A DNA stretch of 40,283 nt from Myxococcales bacterium (GCA_007119595.1 SKPJ01000178.1:1-40283); one strand, 5' to 3'; positions 16,859-27,546 are shown, counted from the first letter of the stretch. Notes: generated from the sequence alone by a model not told the origin. Numbers and translations are program-made.

Positions 16859-18478
16859 TTACGAGTCTTTGGAGGGGGCTTTAAACCCCGGGAGCTTGTC
16901 CCGGAGGCGATCCCAGATGACATCCATCTCCGGGGGTTTAAGAAGTGTCGTGGTGAGCGCCAATACGGCGAAGAAGGCAATTCCCATCGCTGTCACCAAG
17001 AGCAAAAGCGGTACAAATCCAGCATCCAGACGCTCAGGGCGAAACGTCAAATAAACGGCCCACGCCACACCACCAGCCAGTGCTCCGTGCACGCTCCCAC
17101 GCAGTGTCCCCGCCACAATCGGCCCCACCGGGAGAGTCCCGGCCCGCCAGCGATAGACAGCGATCGTCGCCACAGCGTTCAAAAAGATCCCCACCGACGT
17201 CGCGGCAGCCAACCCGGGCGTGCCGAAATGCTCGTTGAAGTAAATATAAACCGGGATCGCCAATACCACCGTCACCGTGCCGATGAACATCGGCGTCAAA
17301 GTGTCTTTGCGGGCATAAAACCCCCGAACCGCCAGTGTCTGGAGGTTCCATGCCACCAAACCGACGGCGAAGAAGCACAGCAATACAGCCGTCATATGGG
17401 CGTCGGACGCCGTAAATTGACCGCGCTGAAATACGAGATAGACCAGGGGGAATGCCGCTGCGAGTAGTCCCGCGGTCCCGATCATCGATAGAAATGAAAC
17501 CCGTTGGAGGCTGCGCGACAACATCTGTCCCATCTGTTCTTCTTTGCCCTCATGATACAGGCGCGACAGATAGGGCAACGCCGCCTGTCCGGCGGCTTGG
17601 CCGATGACGGCGAAGACCACGAGCATCATCTTGCGGGAGTTGTTCAGCCACGTGATCGCACCGTCTTGTTGCATCGAGCCGAAATAGCGCAACAGCCACT
17701 CGTCGACGGTGACCAGACTCACGCCGATCATCAAGGGCAGCGTCAGGGCGATAAAGGCTCGAAAATCCCTGTCCAATGGAGCAAACCGAAACCGAAATCG
17801 GATCTCCTTTCGCGCGGCCCACAGTGGAACCAACAGGGGGCCCAGAAGGGCGCCAACGACGACGCCGATGGAAAATCCCTTGATGCCGAAGAAGGGCTCC
17901 AGCAACACCCCGCCCAGGATGATGCACAGGTTGTAGATCAGGGGCGCCACGGCGCTCGGCCAAAACACCTCGCGCACAAATAACGCCCCCTGAATTAGCC
18001 CCCCGAAATAAAAGCCGAGCTGAGCGGGAATGATGATCCGCGTCATGGCCACCGTCAAATCGATCTGTGCCGGGTCGGTGAACCCGGCAAAATAGATCGG
18101 GATGAACCAGGGCGCCAAAAGCCAGCCCAAAATCGTAATGCCGCAAAGGGCCAGTCCCATGGTGGTGGCGATCGTCGAAAAGAGCCTCCACGCTCCCTCC
18201 TCATCTCCCTTCGAGATATAGGACGAAAATAAGGGGATAAAGGTAATGGAGAGGGTGCCCCCGGCGAGAAAATAGTTCATCAAATCCGGCAGCTGAAAGG
18301 CCGCATAATAGGCATCGGTCGTCACCCCCGCTCCATGGGTATAGGCGATGACCGCTTCCCGTAAAAACCCCAGAATTCGGCTCAAGAAGATGCTGATCGA
18401 TAAGATGAGCGCCGCGATTCCCATCCGTTTTCCGACCGACATCTGTGCTTTCTCGGATTTTGATTCGGTGTCTGTCAT
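16859..18478 (-). CDS. murJ: Lipid II flippase MurJ (MviN family).
   Basis: The ORF is 539 aa and polytopic. The N-terminus, LSRILGFLREAVIAYTHGAGVTTDAYYAAFQLPDLMNYFLAGGTLSITFIPLFS, is the canonical MurJ signature. Confidence 0.9.
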   Translation of the reverse strand: MTDTESKSEKAQMSVGKRMGIAALILSISIFLSRILGFLREAVIAYTHGAGVTTDAYYAAFQLPDLMNYFLAGGTLSITFIPLFSSYISKGDEEGAWRLFSTIATTMGLALCGITILGWLLAPWFIPIYFAGFTDPAQIDLTVAMTRIIIPAQLGFYFGGLIQGALFVREVFWPSAVAPLIYNLCIILGGVLLEPFFGIKGFSIGVVVGALLGPLLVPLWAARKEIRFRFRFAPLDRDFRAFIALTLPLMIGVSLVTVDEWLLRYFGSMQQDGAITWLNNSRKMMLVVFAVIGQAAGQAALPYLSRLYHEGKEEQMGQMLSRSLQRVSFLSMIGTAGLLAAAFPLVYLVFQRGQFTASDAHMTAVLLCFFAVGLVAWNLQTLAVRGFYARKDTLTPMFIGTVTVVLAIPVYIYFNEHFGTPGLAAATSVGIFLNAVATIAVYRWRAGTLPVGPIVAGTLRGSVHGALAGGVAWAVYLTFRPERLDAGFVPLLLLVTAMGIAFFAVLALTTTLLKPPEMDVIWDRLRDKLPGFKAPSKDS

Positions 18479-18694
18479 CGGAACAGTGGGTGGAAAGAGG
18501 TTGTGACAATGGTCACATTAACGGGAAGCCGTCGAGACGCCAGTAAATTCAGCGCCCGCCGGCAAACGGTGAAGTTGCAAGAACAGCAGTTGTATTTGAT
18601 GTTGCGATAACCGAAATTGATTCATCGCGCTGCCACCACGACGCCATCCACTACGGGTGTGAACGCTTTGACAACCCATGGAGATGACGAGTTT

Positions 18695-19755
<1,061 letters not shown>

Positions 19756-19850
19756 GAAGCTGTAAAAAATTCTCCCATCGGCATTCGCTGGCTGATTTTT
19801 ATCGCTCTCTTTGCGCTCAAGCCTCGACGAAGTCCTACGGATACGCCGTT

Positions 19851-20597
19851 GTGGGAGCGCGAAAAAATCATCTCACCGAGCGCCCTGAGCGATCGCGAGG
19901 AAATGCCCTTGGGGTGCTCGGTCCGACTATTTTGATAAGGGCTAAGTCAGTGTTCGCATCGCCTTTGCCAACCCTTTATCTGATCGCCGATGTCGATACC
20001 GCCGGGGACCTCGATGTCGACCTGCTCGATATTGTCTCTCAATTTGTGCGGGCCGGAGGACGAATGGTCTCGCTGCGGCCCGGCGATATCGATGATCGAA
20101 GTCTGCTGGACATCGGTGCTGAGATCGCGGGCCTTCTCTTTGCTGTCCGAGGGATATTCCTGGTTCATCGACGCGTCGATGTGGCGATTGCATTGGGAGC
20201 TGATGGCGTTCATCTTCCATCGCGGGGCATGGATCGCCGCGAGTTGCGGCATCTGCTTTTGCCTTCCGCTGTGATCGGCCGTTCCTGTCATGGCCGCCAG
20301 CAGGTTCAATACTGTGCCCGAAATGCATGGGATTTCGTCACATTGGGCCCCCTTTTTGCCAGTATTTCTAAACCCGGGTACGGTCCGAATGTGGAGGTTT
20401 CCGAATTCTCGCAGATAGCGGCTGCTGCAGAATTACCCATCTATGCCCTGGGCGGTGTCGTACCCGACAATGCCCGGAGTTGTCTGGATGCCGGAGCGTC
20501 GGGGGTCGCCGTCGTGGGCGGTATCATCGGTGCATCTTCCCCCTTTGAGGCCACGGCTCAATATCTGGAGGCCCTTCAGGCCGACTGCGGGGGGTGA
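19851..20597 (+). CDS. thiE: Thiamine-phosphate synthase ThiE (start uncertain).
   Basis: LYLIADVD, GADGVHL, DFVTLGPLFASISKPGYGP and IYALGGV match the TMP-TENI family. The annotated GTG at 19851 gives a 33-aa non-conserved extension. The in-frame GTG at 19950 (VFASPLPTLYLIAD), preceded by AAGGG, is an equally good start. Confidence 0.8.
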   Translation: MGARKNHLTERPERSRGNALGVLGPTILIRAKSVFASPLPTLYLIADVDTAGDLDVDLLDIVSQFVRAGGRMVSLRPGDIDDRSLLDIGAEIAGLLFAVRGIFLVHRRVDVAIALGADGVHLPSRGMDRRELRHLLLPSAVIGRSCHGRQQVQYCARNAWDFVTLGPLFASISKPGYGPNVEVSEFSQIAAAAELPIYALGGVVPDNARSCLDAGASGVAVVGGIIGASSPFEATAQYLEALQADCGG

Positions 20598-22105
20598 TTA
20601 CTCTGTCGAGCCGGATGTCGACTCAGCGATTGACTCACACTGACGAACGCGACATAGAAAAATCCAAATTGGAACAAGAGCAAAAAGGGGAGACTCGCCA
20701 GGGAGTGGCCAACATCGGTGACGATGCACCAGATGGCGTAACTAAACCACAGGCCAAATCCCGCTTCCACGATCGGCGACAGCGACATCTTTCCGATATA
20801 CAGCTTCGACGTCCAGCTTTCGTCGAGCTGATCGATGGCGTATTTCGGTGTTCGCACAAAGGGGGTCTCATATCGAAACATCGCCTCCACGACGCCCCGG
20901 GCATTGTTGATCGACAAGCCGATCCCCAACCCCAGCACGGCCGGCAAAAGCCTCAGAATCTCCCGACGGGAACGGCCCGTTTCCCGTTGCGAGACCCAAT
21001 AAAAATAACAGATCGAAAAAGTCGCCCCGAAAAAGATGGGAAGGTCGAGCAGCAACACCTCATACCAACCCTGTTGGATGCGGACCAACGTCGCCATCGG
21101 CATCAATAGGGCGAGGATGACCATCAGTACATATGCAATATTGCCCGTCAGGTGATAGATGGCTTCGAGCTTGATTTTCCAGGAAAAATCACTGCGAAGC
21201 ACCGCGGGAAGCACCTTGCGTGCGGTCTGCAATGCCCCTTTCGACCACCGGTGCTGCTGGCTTTTGAAGGCATTCATCGTCACCGGGATCTCACTGGGAA
21301 CCGTGAGGTCGCGCAGAAATCGAAATTTCCATCCCGCAAGTTGTGCGCGATACGACAGATCGAGATCTTCGGTCAGTGTCTCGTGTTCCCACCCTCCGGC
21401 CTCGTCGATCGCGGCCACCCGCCAGATGCCCGCTGTGCCGTTGAAGTTGAAAAATCGCCCCGAGCGATGGCGTGCAGTATGCTCGAGCACGAAGTGACCA
21501 TCCAACAACACCGCCTGCGCCTTTGTCAGCAAACTAAAGTCGCGGTTTATATAGTCCCAACGAGCCTGGACCATACCGATGGAATCGTCCGTAAAATGAT
21601 GGACCGTGCGGCGCAGAAAGTCCGGCTTCGGTATAAAGTCGGCGTCGAAGACTGCGACGAATTCTCCCCGTGCCTGGCGAAGACCCTCTTGCAGTGCTCC
21701 GGCTTTATAGCCATGTCTATCCACTCTGTGTATCAAAGAGATATCGACACCGCGATCTCTCCAATCTTGAACCCGACGGCGAGCTCGCTCAGTGGTATCG
21801 TCGGTGGAGTCGTCCAGGATCTGAATCTCGAGCCGATCTGCGGGGTAATCCAGACGACACACTGCATCAATGATGCGATCGACGACGTATCGCTCGTTGT
21901 ATAAGGGCACCTGAACGGTGACGAATGGGAGCTCACCGTCTGAATATCGTCGCTTCGGCTCCGGATCATCGCCCGTGGCATACTTGCGATAAAGGCGCAC
22001 GATCGCGTACCGATGAAAGCCGTACATTGCGAGCACGGCCAGTACTGCGAAATACCCCAGAAGAATAATGAGCTTCCAGGTGGCGTAGTCTTCTAACAGC
22101 GTCAT
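20576..22105 (-). CDS. Membrane-embedded processive family 2 glycosyltransferase (cellulose-synthase/CslA-like, QxxRW type).
   Basis: The ORF is 509 aa. It has an N-terminal TM segment, then VQVPLYNERYVV, ILDDSTDDT, VAVFDADFIP, TEDLDLSYRAQLAGWKF and QQHRWSKG, followed by C-terminal TM helices. Its 3' end overlaps the thiE 3' end by 22 nt. Confidence 0.8.
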   Translation of the reverse strand: MTLLEDYATWKLIILLGYFAVLAVLAMYGFHRYAIVRLYRKYATGDDPEPKRRYSDGELPFVTVQVPLYNERYVVDRIIDAVCRLDYPADRLEIQILDDSTDDTTERARRRVQDWRDRGVDISLIHRVDRHGYKAGALQEGLRQARGEFVAVFDADFIPKPDFLRRTVHHFTDDSIGMVQARWDYINRDFSLLTKAQAVLLDGHFVLEHTARHRSGRFFNFNGTAGIWRVAAIDEAGGWEHETLTEDLDLSYRAQLAGWKFRFLRDLTVPSEIPVTMNAFKSQQHRWSKGALQTARKVLPAVLRSDFSWKIKLEAIYHLTGNIAYVLMVILALLMPMATLVRIQQGWYEVLLLDLPIFFGATFSICYFYWVSQRETGRSRREILRLLPAVLGLGIGLSINNARGVVEAMFRYETPFVRTPKYAIDQLDESWTSKLYIGKMSLSPIVEAGFGLWFSYAIWCIVTDVGHSLASLPFLLLFQFGFFYVAFVSVSQSLSRHPARQSNHPPQSA

Positions 22106-22208
22106 GACAGATCAAACGTTATGGAAGTATCCTCAATCGGTGACGAGCGGAGCAGCCAAACGCTGAGCAACCCACGCAATCGGAATCCGATCACGCCGAT
22201 CGACCCCG

Positions 22209-23192
22209 GTGGCCGACTCCTTTGACCTATCAGATATAAACCGTTCATTTCCAGTTGAGTCCTCGATGGCAGGTCAGAACAACGATACTTCGAGCTTTGC
22301 TACGCTGACCGGGATATTGCGCACTATGCGGCCCCATCAGTGGGTCAAGAATCTATTTGTGTTGGCACCGCTCTTCTTCTCACAGGCCTTCTGGCACTGG
22401 GAACCATTGATGCGGGGAGTCAGCGCTGCCGTACTTTTTTCCCTGATGGCCGGGACGGTCTATCTCGTCAACGATATCGCCGATCGCGAACGCGACCGGC
22501 GTCATCCCACCAAACGTCATCGGCCCATCGCCTCCGGACAGCTCTCGGTACGCAGCGCAAAAGTCGCTGCCTGGTCCATTGGAATTTGCACCCTCGGCGC
22601 AGCCTTTGTTCTGGATGTGGGCTTTTTGGCCGTCGTATCACTGTATTTGGTCATCAATATCGCCTATTCCAAGGTCCTCAAGGACTTGGCATTCGTCGAT
22701 GTAGGTGTCATCGCGACGGGCTTTGTGTTGCGCGTATTGGCCGGCAGCCTGGCGATTGGGGTCTTTTTATCGGAGTGGCTCGTATTGTGCACCTTTTTGC
22801 TTGCCTGTTTCTTGGCCCTGGGAAAGCGGCGCCACGAAGTGGCGATGTGTGCAGAAGGCGATGTCGAGGGAACACGTGATGGCTGGGATAGCGTTCGCGT
22901 CGAACATCTCGACGTGGGGCTATTCGTCGTCGGCTCTTTGACCGTAGCGGCTTATACCATCTACGTGCTGACCGCGTCGCTTCCCGATCAGCCGCTGCGC
23001 ACTCAATACACACCCTTTTCCAGTCCACTGCTTCCGGTAACCATTCCCTTGGTGGTTGTCGGTTTGGGGCGATTTTTTCAGATCGCCAAACAAACGACGC
23101 CCGTGAGCCCCACGGAGTCGATGTTGCGCGACTGGTGGATTCTGGCCGTTGGCCTCCTATGGGTCGGTGCTCTATTGGCCCTCGGGACCTGA
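22209..23192 (+). CDS. UbiA-family prenyltransferase resembling decaprenyl-phosphate phosphoribosyltransferase (DPPR synthase).
   Basis: The ORF is 327 aa and polytopic. RPHQWVKNLFVLAPLFFS and YLVNDIADRERDRRHPTKRHRPIASG are characteristic of the DPPR-synthase subgroup. The start may be the internal ATG at 22266. Confidence 0.7.
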   Translation: MADSFDLSDINRSFPVESSMAGQNNDTSSFATLTGILRTMRPHQWVKNLFVLAPLFFSQAFWHWEPLMRGVSAAVLFSLMAGTVYLVNDIADRERDRRHPTKRHRPIASGQLSVRSAKVAAWSIGICTLGAAFVLDVGFLAVVSLYLVINIAYSKVLKDLAFVDVGVIATGFVLRVLAGSLAIGVFLSEWLVLCTFLLACFLALGKRRHEVAMCAEGDVEGTRDGWDSVRVEHLDVGLFVVGSLTVAAYTIYVLTASLPDQPLRTQYTPFSSPLLPVTIPLVVVGLGRFFQIAKQTTPVSPTESMLRDWWILAVGLLWVGALLALGT

Positions 23193-23243
23193 ACCCTGGC
23201 CAGGGCACGCTGGTAGTGATGCTGCAGAAAAGGGGACAGTTTC

Positions 23244-23276
23244 AAAAAAAAACCGGCGTGGGAATACCCACGCCGG
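23244..23276 (-). terminator. Rho-independent terminator downstream of the HU-like gene.
   Basis: A perfect 10-bp stem (ccggcgtggg at 23253-23262 pairing with cccacgccgg at 23267-23276) has a 4-nt loop. On the minus strand it is followed by a U9 tract (plus-strand A9 at 23244-23252). It lies 47 nt past the stop codon. Confidence 0.85.
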
Positions 23277-23323
23277 CAACAGGACCAAACACACTCAGTC
23301 CTGACTTTCAGTCCACGCTACTC

Positions 23324-23614
23324 TCACTCGTTGACCAGCTCTTTGAGATGCGGAGACGGCTTGAAGCCGACCGAGTACGAGGAGGGAATCCGGATCTTCT
23401 CACCGGTCCGCGGGTTGCGGCCGTCGCGGGCCTTGCGGAATTTGACCTTGAAGGTTCCGAAATTGGGGTAGGAAAACCGCTCTTCCTCTTTGATCGAACC
23501 CGAAACCGTCTCGAATAAAATATCAATCAGGGCGCGCGTATCTTTTTTGGTAAGGTCAATGCCCTGGTCAGCGGCGGTGGCGTTTACTGCATCAATCAAT
23601 TCCGATTTCGTCAT
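23324..23614 (-). CDS. HU/IHF-family nucleoid-associated DNA-binding protein.
   Basis: I trimmed the 23638 ORF to the ATG at 23614, which has a GAGAGGAA RBS. MTKSELIDAV...TKKDTRALIDILFETV...FGTFKVKFRKARDGRNPRTGEKIRIPSS..V.FKPS..LKE is the bacterial histone-like fold signature. I cannot tell HU from an IHF subunit by eye. Confidence 0.9.
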   Translation of the reverse strand: MTKSELIDAVNATAADQGIDLTKKDTRALIDILFETVSGSIKEEERFSYPNFGTFKVKFRKARDGRNPRTGEKIRIPSSYSVGFKPSPHLKELVNE

Positions 23615-23994
23615 GGTATTCCTCTCAAAAAAAAACAAAAACTAGGTGAACGAAGCAACGATATCAGTTCGAACGCACTCTATGAGACGATCCCCGCATG
23701 GCGGCACAGGGAAATCGAAAGTCTCAGGCAATGAACTTCATCTATGAATCGACGCGAGCATAAAAACGCCCTGATCCGATGTCAACCCTTATTTATGCGG
23801 TTTATAGCAATTTTAGGCCGCTCAGTTTTTAGGATCATCACCGAGGTGACTCGGTTTTCCGAAAAGGTGGCCCATCACGGTCAGGATCGTCGTTGGAGTT
23901 TGCCCCAAAACCGACGACGGATTCGACCGATTTCGTATTGCTTTGGAAGGCGCAAATTCACTGAAAACCGCCACCAGCGGGCATAATAGCCGCG

Positions 23995-24849
23995 TCAGCC
24001 AATTGTCTTTGCAGTTTCCGTGGCCCCGTCGATCCGAAGCAGCTCCCGAGCCTGTGCGACGGAAGCTAGAGGGCGCTTTCGTCGCCGTGCATATTCCACC
24101 ACTTTTTCGACCAATTCAAAGGAGCCACGGGCCAATCGACCTTTCTTCAAGTAGATATTGTCTTCCAGTCCCACCCGCACATGGCCTCCGTGCTCCACAG
24201 CAAAGCGCGCCAGGGGAAGTTCGTGACGTCCCATTCCGGCCACCGACCAGGTACAGTTCTCGGGGATCGAGTTCACTAGAAATTCGAGATTTCGCTGCGA
24301 CGCTCCCATCGCCCCTGGAACGCCGAGCACGAAATCAAAATGAAGCGGGCTTTCCAAAAGCCCTTCGTCGCATAATCGCAACGCGGTGTCGATCATCCCC
24401 GTATCAAAGACCTCGATCTCGGGACGAATACCGAATTTTTGTAGCCGTTTGGCGATGGTCCGAATCGTCGGCAGAGAGTTCATGAAGACTTCGTCGCCGA
24501 AATTGACCGTTCCCGTCGTCAAGGTAGCCATATGTGGTCGCAGCGAGAGGGCTTCGATGCGCTGCTCCACGTCCATTCCCACCGCTCCACCGGTGGAAAA
24601 TTGCACCAATATATCTGTGCGCTGGCGGATGGCATCGAAGATCGCGGCGAAGGTCTCGCGATCCTGAGTCGGTGTGCCGTCGTCTCGACGACCGTGGATA
24701 TGGACCATTGCGGCACCAGCGTCGGCGCAGCGAAGAGCCTCGTCGGCGATTTCTTGCGGAGTGTATGGAACATGCGGGGTCTGTTCCCGCATGGTCTCGG
24801 CGCCGACGATGGCGGCCGTAATGATCAGGGGAGCAGTCGGTTCAGTCAT
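23995..24849 (-). CDS. kce: BKACE-family beta-keto acid cleavage enzyme (3-keto-5-aminohexanoate cleavage enzyme-like, DUF849).
   Basis: I trimmed the ORF to the ATG at 24849 (MTEPTAPLIITAAIVGAE). PYTPQEIADEALRCADAGAAMVHIHGR.DDGTPT, plus a TIM-barrel-like remainder containing HVRVGLEDN, matches the BKACE pattern. Confidence 0.75.
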   Translation of the reverse strand: MTEPTAPLIITAAIVGAETMREQTPHVPYTPQEIADEALRCADAGAAMVHIHGRRDDGTPTQDRETFAAIFDAIRQRTDILVQFSTGGAVGMDVEQRIEALSLRPHMATLTTGTVNFGDEVFMNSLPTIRTIAKRLQKFGIRPEIEVFDTGMIDTALRLCDEGLLESPLHFDFVLGVPGAMGASQRNLEFLVNSIPENCTWSVAGMGRHELPLARFAVEHGGHVRVGLEDNIYLKKGRLARGSFELVEKVVEYARRRKRPLASVAQARELLRIDGATETAKTIG

Positions 24850-25037
24850 GGCATTGGAGATGGCAGAAGAGGGAAGTAGATGAGAGAAGACGAGAATTCG
24901 AGGCACGATTCATTGGCCGACCCGAAGCTTCTTCGGCTTCCGAAAGCTCGTCCCCGATCGCTGCGGGCAATGGGTCGAACTTGTGATGGACCCAATACGC
25001 AACGCGTAGAGTAGATAAACGTCAGATACAGGTCGTT

Positions 25038-25415
25038 TCAATGCAAAACCACACAGGTTCCACTGGCGCGACAGACGGCGATGGGCTCGTCCAACACCTC
25101 TGCCCGCGAGGGTTGATCCGGGTCACCGACCAGCCGAATGACCTTGTGGGCCTCAAAGGACATTTTACGGCTCGTATTGCCCACCTCGGTGATCGTCCCC
25201 GTGGCTTCGATGTAGTCACCGGCGTTGACGGGGGCCAGAAACTCCACGGAGTCGTAGGCTCGAAACAGACCCTCATCGCCATCGTGCCGGATCAACAATT
25301 CCGTCGCCACGTCACCAAATAATTGCAAAATATAAGCGCCGTCGACCAGATTCCCCGCATAGTGGGCTTGCTCCATGCCGATACGCTGACGGATGAGTAC
25401 TTCGTCGCCGTTCAT
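25038..25415 (-). CDS. Small hotdog-fold protein, possibly 3-aminobutyryl-CoA ammonia-lyase (Kal-like).
   Basis: I trimmed the ORF to the ATG at 25415, which has an AAGGA RBS. The protein is 125 aa. [24 protein letters not shown] and [30 protein letters not shown] look like a hotdog helix plus sheet. It sits directly upstream of and on the same strand as the kce-like gene, as kal does in lysine-fermentation clusters. Confidence 0.5.
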   Translation of the reverse strand: MNGDEVLIRQRIGMEQAHYAGNLVDGAYILQLFGDVATELLIRHDGDEGLFRAYDSVEFLAPVNAGDYIEATGTITEVGNTSRKMSFEAHKVIRLVGDPDQPSRAEVLDEPIAVCRASGTCVVLH

Positions 25416-25434
25416 GATCAATCCTTGAGAGTAG

Positions 25435-25487
25435 AAAAAATTAAAAAGCCCGTCATTTACCACCTCAGAGGATGGTAAACGACGGGC
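25435..25487 (-). terminator. Strong rho-independent terminator after the 25510-27546 lipoprotein gene.
   Basis: A 15-bp stem (25448-25462 pairing with 25473-25487, with one G-U pair) has a 10-nt loop. On the minus strand it is followed by UUUUUAAUUUUUU. It lies 22 nt past the stop codon. Confidence 0.85.
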
Positions 25488-25509
25488 TCAATGCAACCAA
25501 CTACGGGCC

Positions 25510-27546
25510 TTATGGCGATGCTGAAGGAAGACTGTGATTGGGGGTCAGCACGTCCTGGAAATCCACATAGGGTGTTTCGGCCCACTCGATATTGCCGAGG
25601 TACCAAAAGTCGCCGGTGCCGTTGAGACGCTTTTCGTACTGGTCGTGGAGATAATCATCGAAGTACACGCGCACTCGGGCATCGGCCGGTCCGTGGTTTT
25701 TGTCATCGAAGTAATGAACCCCGAGCCGATATCGCTCCCCGAGTGCCGGATCGGTGTGGTTGATATTCTCCGGATTTTCGCCGTAGAGGTCGTCGATGTC
25801 CAGAACTGCGTAACCGTATTCACCCCAATCTTGCTCGGGGTACCAGTAGTAGATCGTATCGGAACTTCCCCAATTGTCGTTGACGGCGGGGCTCAGATAG
25901 TGGACGTCGAGGTCGGTACCAATACCCATATCGCTATTGGGTCCGCCGTAGGTAGAGTCAACCTCCGGGGCACTCCAGGTCAGTTGAATATGAATATCTT
26001 CGGTGGGGGCGGCGAGAATATCGACGATTGCGGGCTCGCAGTTGCGCAGCCCCGTCTCGTCATAGACCGTCAATTCGATCTTGAAATCACCAACAATATC
26101 GACCTCGAATTGCGGCTCCGGCTCAAAGGGCGAGGGCTGAATTTCAGACATCGACCCGTCGGGGCGGGTGATCACCGACCATTCGTAGGAAAGATCGGTA
26201 CCATCGGGATCCTCGGATCCCGCGCTGGTGAGGTGGACGACATCCTGGTTGGTGGCGATCACCGTGGTATCCGGTGCCGCCGCTCCACCGACACTTCCGG
26301 CGGCCACCGCCACGGGACATTCGGCATCGACACCATTTCCGGTGATCGGAATCCGCAAATTTGGATTTCTGGTATCGTTGCTTTCGATGAGCAACTCGCC
26401 CTCGTCCTCCGCTTCATCGATTGGACTATAGGCGATGACGGTAGTGGTGACGTCGCCGGGGGTCAGGATGTAGGTCTCGTCGGGCAATGTTCCCGGCTCA
26501 CCGCCTTCTTGGATGGAGAAGACGCCTCCTGCGTCCTCCGAGATGCTTACGCCTTCCAATTCCAAATCCGCTTGCGGAGAACAATTGCGCAGGGTCGCTG
26601 TGTGATGGGTGGTGTTGTCGATGGCCGACGGTCCAAAGGCAATCTCGCCGTCGCCGACGACCTCCAGGCAGGGCTCACCGCTGTTGCCACTCAAATCGAG
26701 GGTATAATCGCCCGCGTTGTTTTCGATCAGTACTGAACCTTCTTTTGGATCTTCGTCATCGGGTTCAAACCACACCCGCATATAAACCCGGTCTTCATCG
26801 CTTTCGAGGTGCGTCATCGGCGGGGTGTCCGAATCTTCTTCAACAGGGGGATAACTTCCGTCCTCGAATCCCCCGGACATAAATGCGATCTCGAAGTGCT
26901 CGTCGCCGGAGGTGACGAAGATGTCGCCCAATTCCAGGGTGCCGGCACCGATATTTCGAATTTCGACGGGTTCCCATTCTCGATAGCCCGGCGGGGTCTG
27001 GGGAAAGTCGACATGGGAGGGATTGACGAAGATTTCGGCGCCGAAGCCGGCGGTTTCGATCTCGATTTCGGCGGGGTCGGTGTTGGGATCGTTGGTCGAC
27101 ATACGAATCAATCCGGCATGCTCTTGCTCGTCGGTGGGCTCGTATTTGACCTGAAATTCATGTTCCTCATGTTCCTCCAGCGTCACCTCATCGGGCCAGT
27201 CGCCCGATTTGCTCAGCGAGTCCCCTACTTCGTTGATCAATTCGATATTCGTCAGCCGCAGACTGCCAGTGCCCGTATTTTCGACCCACACGCTGCGAAC
27301 GTCGTTTTCGCCGACGCTAAGCTGTGAGAAGCCGATCGACGCCGGGGCGGCGCTAAATCGCGGTGCATCGCCGGTGATGATTCCACCTCCGCCATTTCCG
27401 CCGCCTCCTCCTCCGTTGTCGGCGGCGGCGTTTTCGCCGCCCTCGTCTTTCCCACAGGCCATCACAACAAACCCGGCGAGACTGGCAAAAGCCAGCACGA
27501 GGAAACATTTTCTAATAAAAAATCGAAAGGAGGGGAAGCTCTTCAT
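25510..27546 (-). CDS. Lipoprotein with a Gly-rich tether, three Ig-like (ASH/choice-of-anchor-D-like) domains, a PKD-like domain and a YfaP/DUF2135-like C-terminal domain.
   Basis: The ORF is 678 aa. The signal peptide ends in the lipobox VVMAC, followed by NGGGGGGNGGGG. A pattern recurs three times (F..v.vG....r.v.v.N.G.g.L.l..i). SEDPDGTDLSYEWSV is PKD-like. The C-terminus reads IHIQLTWS...DLDVHYLSP...DIDDLYGENPENINHTDP...YRLGVHYFDD...ARVRVYFDD. Confidence 0.8.
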   Translation of the reverse strand: MKSFPSFRFFIRKCFLVLAFASLAGFVVMACGKDEGGENAAADNGGGGGGNGGGGIITGDAPRFSAAPASIGFSQLSVGENDVRSVWVENTGTGSLRLTNIELINEVGDSLSKSGDWPDEVTLEEHEEHEFQVKYEPTDEQEHAGLIRMSTNDPNTDPAEIEIETAGFGAEIFVNPSHVDFPQTPPGYREWEPVEIRNIGAGTLELGDIFVTSGDEHFEIAFMSGGFEDGSYPPVEEDSDTPPMTHLESDEDRVYMRVWFEPDDEDPKEGSVLIENNAGDYTLDLSGNSGEPCLEVVGDGEIAFGPSAIDNTTHHTATLRNCSPQADLELEGVSISEDAGGVFSIQEGGEPGTLPDETYILTPGDVTTTVIAYSPIDEAEDEGELLIESNDTRNPNLRIPITGNGVDAECPVAVAAGSVGGAAAPDTTVIATNQDVVHLTSAGSEDPDGTDLSYEWSVITRPDGSMSEIQPSPFEPEPQFEVDIVGDFKIELTVYDETGLRNCEPAIVDILAAPTEDIHIQLTWSAPEVDSTYGGPNSDMGIGTDLDVHYLSPAVNDNWGSSDTIYYWYPEQDWGEYGYAVLDIDDLYGENPENINHTDPALGERYRLGVHYFDDKNHGPADARVRVYFDDYLHDQYEKRLNGTGDFWYLGNIEWAETPYVDFQDVLTPNHSLPSASP

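Noticed and set aside
18479-18694. A possible TPP (THI-box) riboswitch upstream of thiS. GGGUGUG...ACCC and GCCGGCAAACGG resemble fragments of the element.
   Set aside because: The CUGAGA box and the pyrimidine-sensor helix (ACCUGAUCUGGAUAAUGCCAGCG-like) are absent, and the fragments are not in canonical order. I therefore do not annotate it as a riboswitch. It is kept only as a negative observation to test with cmsearch.
24921-24946. Overlapping short hairpins (ccgaag/cttcgg/ccgaaag) between the kal-like and kce-like genes that could form mutually exclusive structures, as in an attenuator.
   Set aside because: The stems are only 6 bp, one alternative needs a bulge, and there is no leader peptide or U-tract. 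This is too weak to call a regulatory switch.
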